Part shown: positions 1 through 11,150 of the stretch, in pieces
Position numbering within the stretch: the first letter of the stretch is position 1
Layout of the letters: each line of letters starts with the position of its first letter
DNA from: Candidatus Kaiserbacteria bacterium
GTDB taxonomy: Bacteria; Patescibacteriota; Minisyncoccia; Phycocordibacterales; UBA12088
Reading direction: 5' to 3'
DNA: 41,341 nt
NCBI GenBank assembly: GCA_007116405.1
Contig: SKIN01000038.1
Coordinates: 1 to 41,341, forward strand
Notes under the pieces: model-generated
Databases searched by the model: none
What the model was told of the DNA's origin: nothing
Seen by the model: the letters and a program-made list of their open reading frames with translations, nothing else
Translations under genes and position numbers: made by a program

Positions 1-1779
1 GCCGGTACCACCGCGGGTGGTGGCAAGGGTTCCCTGCCAGAACGGTGAGAAGGTGTGGGTGTCGCCGATTGAGGTGATGGAAAGGCCGATGTTGGTGTCA
101 CTCGTGGTGGCGAAGGCCTGTGAGGAGGCGGTGAGATCATTAAGAGATTCAATGCCACTACTTACAGTACCAACTTGGTCCTCACTACAGAAGAACGTGC
201 CTGTCACACTATCATACAACAATTTGTCTGTGTTAGTTGCTGAACAGTTGACAAGTCCTGTTTGAAAAAAACCACCTGTAACAGCAAGCGTATCAACAGA
301 AGTAGTGCCAGTGAGAAGAATGCTACCGTCCGGAGTCACCGTTATAAGCGATGTGCCGATGATGGCAGTGCCGTCGGCTGCGTAATACGCCAATTGACCA
401 GCAGTACCTACTCCCACATCCCCCGATCCGCCAACGATAGTGGTACCTCCACCACCACCTGCAGCGCGAGCACTGATAATAGGGTTCTGAGGATCGCTGT
501 AGTCAATGGTGATGTTTCGCCCGGCAACAACGTTGTACAGTAAATTGGACCCAAAGACAGAACCTGCTCCCGCGTCTATGTCAGCACCATCGGTCGCGAC
601 GCCACCCGATGCCGTGAATAAGCCGGTTGTAGTTGCAGAACCATCAATGAGTGTATCGCCAGCAACAGAAAGAGATGCATTCATTATAGCGTTACCCTGC
701 ACAAAGATGTCAGAACCGAGTGTTGCACTACCCGACACCGCCATCGTGCCCCCAACGATAACCGAGCCGCCGACTGATGCCCCTGCGTCTACAGAAAGTG
801 CTCCGAAGGAACCTTGAGGTGCTCGTACCTGTCCCCCGAACAATCCTGTACCGGAAACCGTCAGACTGCCTCCGACCGACGCATCCTGCCCCAGTGTTGT
901 GGTGCCAACGACGAATAATTCGTCTTGAATGGAAACATTGGTACCGATTCGCAATGTCCTTGGGGTCGCCGTGGCTGCGGGTGGACGTGAAAGCAATACC
1001 ACCGGCCCTCTGGGCAATGCATCTAGTGAGTCCTCTCTCGTAAGTAAAGTATTGTCGACACGGACATCAGTAGAGGGTGTGTCTTGCTCCTGTGAAGGAG
1101 TCTCATCGCCACGACTAAACAGTCCCATGAACCAGGCACGTACCGATGATATGACATTTGCAGCCAGAGTATCTTCTGTTGCGGTGTCTTGAGCTATTGC
1201 ATCGTACTCATGTACACCATCGGTCTGATACTGTGTAGATGGATTAGAATCTTCCTTTACCCCGGTGCGAGTGATCATTGTAGCGGAATCCATGATCATG
1301 GAACCGACACTCGCAAACATTCCACGCACTGCATCAGGTTGTGAGAAAAACGTATACGATACTGCCACCAAAACAAGTGTCGCAAGGGACAGTTGGGCAG
1401 TCCTGCGCAGAGCTACAGCAAAAGTACCGAGGATACCGCTTGGAGATCGACGTATGTGTGATGCCGGTTCTGTGAGGGCATGTGTGGGACGTGATGATTC
1501 ATTATCTGTATCTTTCTGCGCGTCTATTCCCACGTTCCTTGCATACTCGGCGCGACGCTCAGCAGCCAGCTCCTCCCGTCGTCGTTGTTTCGCTAGTGCC
1601 ACTCCCTCCAAGTGCGCTGAGAGTGACTCATAGTTTACGTACCACACGTTACCGATCTTCCTGCCCTCTACTACGCCCGTTCGGCACAACCGAGAAACGT
1701 AGTCAGAAACAATACCTGCACGCGAGGCGGCCTCCTTGGAAGGTATCCAATTAATCTGTGGTGGAACGGGTTCGGGCAT
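1..1779 (-). CDS. Large surface/fibre-like protein, 3' end outside window (>593 aa): N-terminal excisionase-like HTH, one hydrophobic segment, then Gly/Thr/Ser-rich beta-repeat region
   Basis: Missing from the ORF track because it runs off the edge. Translated by hand from ATG 1779: MPEPVPPQINWIPSKEAASRAGIVSDYVSRLCRTGVVEGRKIGNVWYVNYESL; hydrophobic LSLATLVLVAVSYTFF; repeats such as GASVGGSVIVGGTMAVSGSATLGSDIFVQGNA; reads ...FSPFWQGTLATTRGGTG at position 1. Same frame confirmed at several points. Confidence 0.85.
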   Translation of the reverse strand, partial: MPEPVPPQINWIPSKEAASRAGIVSDYVSRLCRTGVVEGRKIGNVWYVNYESLSAHLEGVALAKQRRREELAAERRAEYARNVGIDAQKDTDNESSRPTHALTEPASHIRRSPSGILGTFAVALRRTAQLSLATLVLVAVSYTFFSQPDAVRGMFASVGSMIMDSATMITRTGVKEDSNPSTQYQTDGVHEYDAIAQDTATEDTLAANVISSVRAWFMGLFSRGDETPSQEQDTPSTDVRVDNTLLTREDSLDALPRGPVVLLSRPPAATATPRTLRIGTNVSIQDELFVVGTTTLGQDASVGGSLTVSGTGLFGGQVRAPQGSFGALSVDAGASVGGSVIVGGTMAVSGSATLGSDIFVQGNAIMNASLSVAGDTLIDGSATTTGLFTASGGVATDGADIDAGAGSVFGSNLLYNVVAGRNITIDYSDPQNPIISARAAGGGGGTTIVGGSGDVGVGTAGQLAYYAADGTAIIGTSLITVTPDGSILLTGTTSVDTLAVTGGFFQTGLVNCSATNTDKLLYDSVTGTFFCSEDQVGTVSSGIESLNDLTASSQAFATTSDTNIGLSITSIGDTHTFSPFWQGTLATTRGGTG

Positions 1780-1847
1780 GTATCCGTAACTTCTATGTCT
1801 CCTCTAGCTAAATCGGACGTGCACAAGATCAGGGTGTTTGCATCACG

Positions 1848-1863
1848 TATACTTGAAAGTATA
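1848..1863 (-). promoter_or_regulatory. -10 box (TATACT) inside the palindrome TATACTT-GA-AAGTATA, upstream of the large surface protein gene
   Basis: Perfect 7-bp inverted repeat with a 2-nt spacer, about 70 nt upstream of ATG 1779. Confidence 0.5.
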
Positions 1864-2248
1864 GCGCGTCACTGGGTGTCGCACGTACACTCGATAGAAA
1901 AATACTGTGGAAAACAAAAATACAAACATCACTCGCAGGATGAGGCGAGAAGTAATATGAAGTGGAGAGCAGGTACTGACATATTGTCACAAGCTGTAAA
2001 GGCTATGATGATGGATATACAAACTAACAGTCCTCCGTAAAATACGCTGGCAACGGATTTACTCGATGCCCTCAGAAAAGATTGGTGATGTGAGGTCCGC
2101 CTACAACACACGCATTATGTATGTGTGACTTTTGATAATGAATCCCCTACAAAACGCATATGATGCAATGCGAGTGGGAAAGAATCGATGTGTACACGTT
2201 CGAATTACATCTACATAACGTTCGTACATGTATCGCTTAAACGAGATA

Positions 2249-2509
2249 CTATGTAATTTCTGTGTATATTCTGATATTATTACCTTTTACGTACATGACC
2301 GCTTGCTCGAACTGGTAGGTCATGTCACCCTCCTGTGCGGTATGAACAACGATAGGCTCATTCCGAATGAGGGTGACGAAGTTGGCGTGCATAGGTAGTA
2401 CGTCAAAAGGTCCGTCACTGTTCTTTGACGATACGGCAGTCGCATCCCCTTCCCACACCACAGTTGTGGCCTTACTTATCCGCACCTTCAATGTCTCGTC
2501 TTCACTCAT
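2249..2509 (-). CDS. atpC: F1 ATPase epsilon-like subunit, N-terminal beta-sandwich only (86 aa)
   Basis: Motif GPFDVLPMHANFVTLI resembles epsilon GxxGILPxHAPxxT; last gene after beta; no C-terminal helices. Confidence 0.85.
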   Translation of the reverse strand: MSEDETLKVRISKATTVVWEGDATAVSSKNSDGPFDVLPMHANFVTLIRNEPIVVHTAQEGDMTYQFEQAVMYVKGNNIRIYTEIT

Positions 2510-2518
2510 GATCTCTTA

Positions 2519-4730
<2,212 letters not shown>

Positions 4731-4743
<13 letters not shown>

Positions 4744-6179
4744 AACGATTGTAGTGGTGGAACAACCTCGTGCTCAACCTTGGCGAGGAACTTGTTCAGG
4801 TCTCTTTCTTTGGAAACCAGGTCACGTACCGATACGCATGCATCAGAACGCACGTATTCGAGGATGGGGTGGAGGTTCTTTGAGAAAAATGTAGCATCCT
4901 TGCCCGTACTAAAACTTGTAAAGACAAGTGCCAAAAGAACGACCTGAACATCCACAGGTAACCGCTCACCCTCATTTTGATTCATGAGTAAGCGTAGCAC
5001 CGACCCCATTGCAAGTATCGTTCGGGATGCTTCCGAGAGCTCGGACCCGAATTGTGTAAACCGCTCTTGCTCCTTGGCATCGGCAAGAAGTGTGGTGATG
5101 CTCGTGGCAAGCTGTTTTTGTATCACGGTATGTGCGTGCTTTCCGACACGGGTAACAGACTCTTGTTCAAGAATAGGTGGAAACGTACCCTGCGCATACA
5201 ATGCACTAGAGAACTGCAAATGGCCGTCTGTAGTACCCATGACGTTGGTCATGATCAAGTCTGTGGTAGCTTCAATATCCGTCTGTAATAGCGGAAGTAA
5301 TGTGATAGAACCACCTTGTTCGAAACTACCAGCGCGTTCGATAAGATGAGCCTGTTGGTAGAATATGTCGCCAGGATAACTTTCACGTCCAGGAAGACGA
5401 CCCTCAAGTAATGCTTTCTCCCGGAGATATTTAGCATGCGTATAAAGGTCGTCTAAGATCAGCACTACATCTTTTCCTTGCTCGGAGAAGTATTCTGCCA
5501 TGAACATCCCGACGGAGGGAGCGATCGTATTAAGAGGTGCTCCATCCTCGGATGTGCCCGCAATGATGTAGGTATACGCAGATGCACCTCCCTCAAATAG
5601 CACCTCTGCAAGGCGTCGGATCATCGCTCCTGATTTGCCGATAGTAGTGTAAATACAGACCGTGTCGGTGCCTGCTTGATTCCGGATAAGCTCCCTGCAA
5701 AAAGGTTCGACGCCACTCTGGATGGGACCCATGAGAAGTTGCCGTTGCCCCTTGGCTATCGGGAGGACCGCATCGACAAGCGCGTACCCGGACATTAGCT
5801 GACGCTGTATGGGTCCACGCCGAGCAAGATCACCCGCCTCACGCTCAAGCACGAGGGGCGCATTTCGAGGTGGCAAGGCCCCTTTCCCGTCAATTGGGTC
5901 ACCGAGCGGGTTGATGACTCGACCCATAAGAAAGTCACCGATAGCCAGCTGGTCCTCTTGCGCCCTAAGTTCAAACTGTTCCCCCGGACGCACATCACTT
6001 TGGTCAAGCAACACAGCCTCTATCGCGTCATGGGAGAGTCCGGTCACAAGCGCGCGCTCACCTTCACTATTCACAATGATGTCATGCACGCGCGCTGACG
6101 GAAGTCCCTCTATCGAAACCAAGTAGTGCTTTGTAGCGCGTACGATACCTATTTCCTTATTGTACAGTTGTTGCTCCAT
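4731..6179 (-). CDS. atpA: F1 ATPase alpha subunit, divergent, degenerate P-loop
   Basis: GRVINPLGDPIDGKG, PIAKGQRQLLMG, PGRESYPGDIFY, TDGHL, SVTRVG (Arg finger). Walker A reads GPIQSGVE instead of GDRQTGKT. Confidence 0.93.
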
Positions 6180-6681
6180 GGAGATGTGTATTGAAGGTTT
6201 GCACTATTTGCTCTCGATCCTTCTCGATAAAGTAGTGAAGTGACAGGTCATGGTAAATGTGCTTCCAGATGATGCCACACCCACCGGTTGCGCGCGGGTC
6301 TATATGAAGCGACATGAGAATGTTCGGCTGGATATTAGCACGTAGCCATTTGCCAAAGCCTTCTATTTGCTCTGGTTTGAAGCGAACAGGCACATACAGC
6401 GTGACGGATGGCACGGTAGTGAGTTCTTCTTGAACTGTATCTAGCGCTTCGTAGACCATGATCGGTTGAATATCAGTGGTGTTGAAGTCGCGCTCCCACT
6501 CCTTGAGTGCATCAATGGTGTATCGGTCGCATTCACCCCGTACCACTTCCTCTAAAGTCCGCGTGCTTCCCTCAACAAATAGGCGCTCCCCATAGTACTT
6601 ACGCATAAGCCCGAGTCGCTCGACCAGAGCGTCGGTGGTATACGTGTTCTTGAGCATGATACTAATGATCTTGACGAGCAT
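6157..6681 (-). CDS. atpH: F1 delta (OSCP)-like subunit, divergent
   Basis: Directly upstream of alpha; C-terminal LHIDPRATGGCGIIWKHIYHDLSL resembles delta VDPSLIGGxxIxxGxxxxDxS. Confidence 0.7.
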   Translation of the reverse strand: MLVKIISIMLKNTYTTDALVERLGLMRKYYGERLFVEGSTRTLEEVVRGECDRYTIDALKEWERDFNTTDIQPIMVYEALDTVQEELTTVPSVTLYVPVRFKPEQIEGFGKWLRANIQPNILMSLHIDPRATGGCGIIWKHIYHDLSLHYFIEKDREQIVQTFNTHLHGATTVQ

Positions 6682-6690
6682 GGTACTATG

Positions 6691-7551
6691 TTAGACGAAT
6701 ACCCCCCTACGCTTTGCTTCTTCTAGTGAGCGGTACACGAGGTCTGCTTGATCCTGTAATGACAGTTTCTTTTGCAATGCTATCTGTGCAGTCTCCTCTA
6801 TGAGGACCAGGATTCGCTCATTGACAAGACGCATTCGAGCCTCCCTGTATTTCCCTAATTCGTGAGAGAGGGTCGCAAACTCTTGTTCAATGTTGACCCG
6901 AAGCGCTTCATCGAGACCTTCTGCGACTTTGACGATCGAGTGGGCTGTTTCTTGTCCTATTTTACGCATCTCCTCCCTCACGACCTGAGCGTTCTTGTCG
7001 GATTCATTTGCTGCAGCCTCTTGAAGGGCAAGTGCAAGATGCTGTATCCCTTTCTCAACGTTCTCTATCTCAAGCGATAAACGGTCGAACAACTGACTTG
7101 ATTGACCCGTAAAACTCTCCATACTGTGCTTTGCCTCGTCTGCATTAAGAGCAACCCGCTGTTCGATGTTCTGAAGAGCTTCAACAAAACGACTGGTTGC
7201 TCGCATATGCTCTTTCTCTACCCCGTACGACAGCTCTTTGATGGACTTCTCGAGCTGAAAACGGTATGCATCGAGAAAGTGTTCTATGCTCTGCTTGTCC
7301 TCATGAATCGCTTTTATACGTTCACGCTCTATGGAATCACGTAGCGAGCGGGCCTCCGCCATTGCCTCGTCGACGATGATCTGCGCTCGTTCTTCAGCTC
7401 TGACTATTACTTCTTTTGCCTTCTCCGGAGTCAAGGTGACTCGCTGGCGATAGACCATGAGACCCAACACGACGATAAGCCCGAGCGTAATGAGCACCAT
7501 GAGCACAAGTGCTATCAGTAAGATGTGTGGTGAGTTTGCGATGGTATCCAT
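6691..7551 (-). CDS. Subunit-b-like peripheral stalk protein (one N-terminal TM plus long coiled coil, ~286 aa)
   Basis: Occupies the atpF position; TM ILLIALVLMVLITLGLIVVLGLMV; E/A/K/R-rich helix (AEERAQIIVDEAMAEAR). Start moved to ATG 7551 to avoid overlap with the upstream gene. Confidence 0.65.
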   Translation of the reverse strand: MDTIANSPHILLIALVLMVLITLGLIVVLGLMVYRQRVTLTPEKAKEVIVRAEERAQIIVDEAMAEARSLRDSIERERIKAIHEDKQSIEHFLDAYRFQLEKSIKELSYGVEKEHMRATSRFVEALQNIEQRVALNADEAKHSMESFTGQSSQLFDRLSLEIENVEKGIQHLALALQEAAANESDKNAQVVREEMRKIGQETAHSIVKVAEGLDEALRVNIEQEFATLSHELGKYREARMRLVNERILVLIEETAQIALQKKLSLQDQADLVYRSLEEAKRRGVFV

Positions 7552-7564
7552 AATGTGCACGTTA

Positions 7565-8404
7565 TCAAGGAGCCATGATAATGGCGACGGCAACAGCGAA
7601 TCCTATGCCGCTAATAACAATAAGTAAGAAGGCGTTCCAAAGTACCATCGAACGGATCTGCGACCTGGCAAGTGGATTGCGACCAACGGATATGACGCTC
7701 TGGGAAAAGGCGTCTCCAAATCGACGTGCTGCGACGATGACCGTCCCCACTGCAACAATAGACGCGAGCAAGTACCGGAACATTTTGAAGAGGTCCAGAC
7801 CCCGTTCGCCGTCCGGCTGTGTTGAGCCGGGCATATATCCCAGTGCTGTCGTCGACGCAAGGAACGCGGAACTCTGGCCGCTTACGTACGGACCGATACG
7901 CAATGCTACAGGCACACTACCGACGCGAATGGTCCTACCTTCAAGGTCGAGAATATCTCCGGTCAGAACCATGTCCTCAAGAGCAAACCCCATGACGTAC
8001 GCTCCTTGGTCACGACTGATGCGCTGGCCTTTGCCCGCAATGTACGAGGTGGTTACCAGATCCCCTGCCAGTATAGGGCCTGTGGCGTCTGTCACGTTGA
8101 CCGAGACATTTCCATATCGAACAACAGGCACTGCACCCTCTTCATCAGCGCCATCTGTCATGTACATGACTGGTTCGAGTACAACAACACCAAACATCAT
8201 TTCGTCTTCAGGCAACTGGCTGGGGTGCACGGTTCCCGACTCGGCATCATACGAAACTATGTCACCGTCAATGACATCCCCACGAGCAACGAAGGGAGAT
8301 GCTACGGTGGCTTCAGGGCCGAACGAAACCGCCGTCGCGCTCAAAGGCACGACGACGAGTCCAATAAAGTACATAAAACAAGCAACGAGCCCTGCAGCCT
8401 TCAT
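7565..8404 (-). CDS. Exported beta-domain fused to a C-terminal subunit-c-like helical hairpin that lacks the ion-binding carboxylate
   Basis: N-terminal signal-like segment; beta-rich middle (VPVVRYGNVSVNVTDATGPILAGDLVTTSYIAGKG); C-terminal TM-GRNP-TM hairpin; occupies the atpE position. Confidence 0.7.
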   Translation of the reverse strand: MKAAGLVACFMYFIGLVVVPLSATAVSFGPEATVASPFVARGDVIDGDIVSYDAESGTVHPSQLPEDEMMFGVVVLEPVMYMTDGADEEGAVPVVRYGNVSVNVTDATGPILAGDLVTTSYIAGKGQRISRDQGAYVMGFALEDMVLTGDILDLEGRTIRVGSVPVALRIGPYVSGQSSAFLASTTALGYMPGSTQPDGERGLDLFKMFRYLLASIVAVGTVIVAARRFGDAFSQSVISVGRNPLARSQIRSMVLWNAFLLIVISGIGFAVAVAIIMAP

Positions 8405-8410
8405 GAAAAC

Positions 8411-8419
8411 AGTATACCA
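8411..8419 (-). promoter_or_regulatory. Extended -10 promoter (TGG-TATACT) for the ATPase operon, probably leaderless
   Basis: 6 nt upstream of ATG 8404; no Shine-Dalgarno. Confidence 0.65.
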
Positions 8420-8499
8420 ATGGACTCAACGAAAAAGAACGCAAGGGCTGTGTACAGAGAACATTTTGCATCCGCCACAACCCCGCAACCAGCGATGAC

Positions 8500-9510
8500 T
8501 TAAGATAAAAGCAGATAGAGAAGGAGAAACATTGCGAAGACCACGAGCGCGCCTAGGACAGGAATGGCGAGTGAACGCTGCCTGTGCTCGCCCCTACGTA
8601 CGCTGCGAGTACCCTGATCGAAGGAACGATGTCCGTACGCATCAAGAGTGGCATCCCCCGCATCGATGCACAAGCGTGCATCACGCCTTGGCGCTCGACG
8701 ACCTGAGTGTTGTCTTGTCGCTGAGGCGATCACCACGCCGTCAACAGATACACTCTGTCTTGGTGACGCAGAGGAAGTGACCAAGGGCCGAGGTGTATCC
8801 GAGATATGATTCAAAATAGCGCCTGCATTCCTTCTTGAGTGCCTCTTAGGTCGCACGCCGGAGAGGGAGGCGGTTGAACGTTCACGCGCCAACAATGAAC
8901 GCGAGCGAATGGGTACAGTCTTCACTCCACCAACAACATCGCTCGGGACATCGTGCGCTTCCGTGTCTAAAGGTGTCTGGGGGGAGTCTTCGCTCTCAAC
9001 CGATCGTAGTAATGACTCTGAAACGAAGGGCTCGTAGCGAATGTCCGAGCGGACGAGAGGGTCAAGGGTTGCGTTCCTGCTTTTTTTTGGTGCCGGGAAG
9101 AGATCACCTGACCACACTTCAACATCAACCTCCGAGTGCTCTTCGGGGGGTATTTCCGCATACATTGGTGCCCCTCTTGAGGTCGGCGCGGAGAAATGCA
9201 TATCCTGACGATCGTCTTCTGTCGCTATTGCTCGGCTATCCGAAATCATTTGATTTTCTGTTGTTTTTTCGTCAGTCCGTCGACCTTGAACTCTCGGCTT
9301 CTTAGGGTTCTTTAGTGTGTAATGAACACCCAGCTTATGTTTCCGAATAGAGTCCTCAGACACATACCAACTTCTGCCAATGAGTTGCGCGTCGAGCTTA
9401 CCAGCACGGCACAGCTGCCCTACGTAGTCCTTTGTGTAGCCATACAACTGGGAAGCTCGTCCTGACGATACATATTTTCTCCCCTCAAGTACTATGGAGT
9501 CATCAGCCAT
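8500..9510 (-). CDS. HTH-domain protein with long disordered linker and C-terminal TM anchor
   Basis: N-terminus KYVSSGRASQLYGYTKDYVGQLCRAGKLDAQLIGRSWYVSEDSI (excisionase/HTH_17-like); S/R/P/D-rich middle; C-terminal LAIPVLGALVVFAMFLLLYLLLS; TATACT 6 nt before ATG. Confidence 0.8.
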   Translation of the reverse strand: MADDSIVLEGRKYVSSGRASQLYGYTKDYVGQLCRAGKLDAQLIGRSWYVSEDSIRKHKLGVHYTLKNPKKPRVQGRRTDEKTTENQMISDSRAIATEDDRQDMHFSAPTSRGAPMYAEIPPEEHSEVDVEVWSGDLFPAPKKSRNATLDPLVRSDIRYEPFVSESLLRSVESEDSPQTPLDTEAHDVPSDVVGGVKTVPIRSRSLLARERSTASLSGVRPKRHSRRNAGAILNHISDTPRPLVTSSASPRQSVSVDGVVIASATRQHSGRRAPRRDARLCIDAGDATLDAYGHRSFDQGTRSVRRGEHRQRSLAIPVLGALVVFAMFLLLYLLLS

Positions 9511-9603
9511 GTGCTTAGTATATACTGCAATACGCTTACGGCGTTGCTCGATCAGGTATAGACTGTGGAAAACTCGACTGCACGATATCCTTTCTGGTTA
9601 CGC

Positions 9604-11034
9604 TCAGTTCTCGTTCAGTGCTTTCATTATAATCTCGGAAAGAATCTTAGGATCTGCCGAACCTTTCGTCATTTTCATTCCTTGACCTATAAGGAATTGT
9701 AATGATGATGCCTTTCCGTTGCGGTACTCTGTGGCTACTGCGGCGTGCTCTTCTATGACTCGCATCGCCACATCGCGCAGAGCGTCGATATCGGATACCT
9801 TGATAAGTCTGTGTTTACGCGCTATCTCGTTTGGGTCTCCGCCCTCTGTTGCCCAGATCGCAAGTGCATCCTTTGCTCCACGCGATGATACAGCTTCTGT
9901 GCGTAGCATGTCGATGAGGATCGCGAACTCGGCCGCATCCATCGAACTGATACTTTTGCTCTTGCCGCCTTTTTTACTGAGGAGGCCGAGCAGATCAGTG
10001 GTCAAGTAGTTTGCGACGAGATTTCGAACGTCATCATTGACATTCTTCAGACTCTGCAGGACAGACTCATAGAACACATTTAGCTCTGTGTCGCTTACAA
10101 GCACTTCGACCACACTAGAGTGCATGCCCTGCTTGGTATATCGAACTCTTCTATCCCAAGGAAGTTCCGGTATCGTATCGAGCAGATTAGCATTAGAAAA
10201 CTTGGGTATCTCGGATACTATCACTTTTGGCAGGTCCGGGTCCGGGAAATACCTGTAGTCGTGAGAGCTTTCTTTTGCTCGCTGCGAAAACGTCTTTTGC
10301 CTATTCTCGTCCCACCCTCTCGTCTCCTGCAATATCGACTCTCCACGAGAGAGGGCTTCCTTTTGTCGCTTTATCTCATACGCGATCGCTTGTTCAACGG
10401 CTTTGAAGCTGTTGAGGTTCTTCACCTCTACCTTTGTACCGAGAGGTTCTCCAGGGGCTGACAAGGAAATATTTGCTTCGATCCTCATTTCTCCCTTCTC
10501 TAGGTTTGCACGGCTCGCGTCAAGATATCTAAGCAGCAATCTGAGGTCCCGTGCAAATGATACAGCGGTCTGGGCGTCATGTATGACCGGCTCCGTGACC
10601 AACTCCATAAGGGGGACACCCGCCCTATTGAAATCCACAATGCTCGTATCTGTCCCGTGTGACGACCTGGCCGTATCCTCCTCCAGATGGATGCGTGTGA
10701 CAGCTACGGGTCCAATGGCGCCACCGGAGACAAGGGGGTAGGCGTACTGACTGATCTGATAGTTTTTCGGTATGTCAGGGTAGTAGTAATTTTTGCGATC
10801 AAACTCGGTGAAATCCGCGATGGTGCCGCCGATAGCGGTACCGACACGCAACACCTGGAATACCGCTTCCTCGTTGATGACCGGCAACGTACCCGGATGC
10901 GCCATACACACAGGACAAACGTGTGTATTCGGAGCGACGTTGTCAGGCTCATTCGCGCAGCCACAGAACATCTTGCTGTGTGTATTCAGCTCCGCGTGTA
11001 TCTCAAGTCCTATCGTAGGTACTAGTTCCTTCAT
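9604..11034 (-). CDS. gatB: Asp/Glu-tRNA amidotransferase subunit B
   Basis: IGLEIHAEL, KMFCGC, FDRKNYYYPD, IHLEEDTA, DFNRAGVPLMELVTEP, DYRYFPDPDLP; start set at MKELVPTIG. Confidence 0.97.
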   Translation of the reverse strand: MKELVPTIGLEIHAELNTHSKMFCGCANEPDNVAPNTHVCPVCMAHPGTLPVINEEAVFQVLRVGTAIGGTIADFTEFDRKNYYYPDIPKNYQISQYAYPLVSGGAIGPVAVTRIHLEEDTARSSHGTDTSIVDFNRAGVPLMELVTEPVIHDAQTAVSFARDLRLLLRYLDASRANLEKGEMRIEANISLSAPGEPLGTKVEVKNLNSFKAVEQAIAYEIKRQKEALSRGESILQETRGWDENRQKTFSQRAKESSHDYRYFPDPDLPKVIVSEIPKFSNANLLDTIPELPWDRRVRYTKQGMHSSVVEVLVSDTELNVFYESVLQSLKNVNDDVRNLVANYLTTDLLGLLSKKGGKSKSISSMDAAEFAILIDMLRTEAVSSRGAKDALAIWATEGGDPNEIARKHRLIKVSDIDALRDVAMRVIEEHAAVATEYRNGKASSLQFLIGQGMKMTKGSADPKILSEIIMKALNEN

Positions 11035-11150
11035 GTAGAGAAATGATGCTACATACATTAGCGCACATAGACCTCCCGCGCAAATATCCTTGCCCAAGGA
11101 GCAAGTGCACGGGCACTGGGGGTGCCAGATACCACCCGGTCGTCAACCTC

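Noticed and set aside
17..1754. Several plus-strand ORFs of 80-120 aa
   Set aside because: Antisense shadows of the long minus-strand frame 1779 to <1
1795..2111. ORFs 1795..2040 (+) and 1929..2111 (-)
   Set aside because: No recognisable motifs or start signals; they overlap promoter elements of the downstream gene. A small subunit-a substitute was considered, but there is at most one weak hydrophobic stretch.
2186..2235. Imperfect inverted repeat just after the epsilon gene
   Set aside because: AT-rich, bulged and without a U tract; too weak to call a terminator
7575..8498. 307-aa plus-strand ORF, and similar long antisense ORFs at 26377-27090, 28333-29037 and 31532-32841
   Set aside because: They lie fully opposite well-supported genes and show no protein-like motifs
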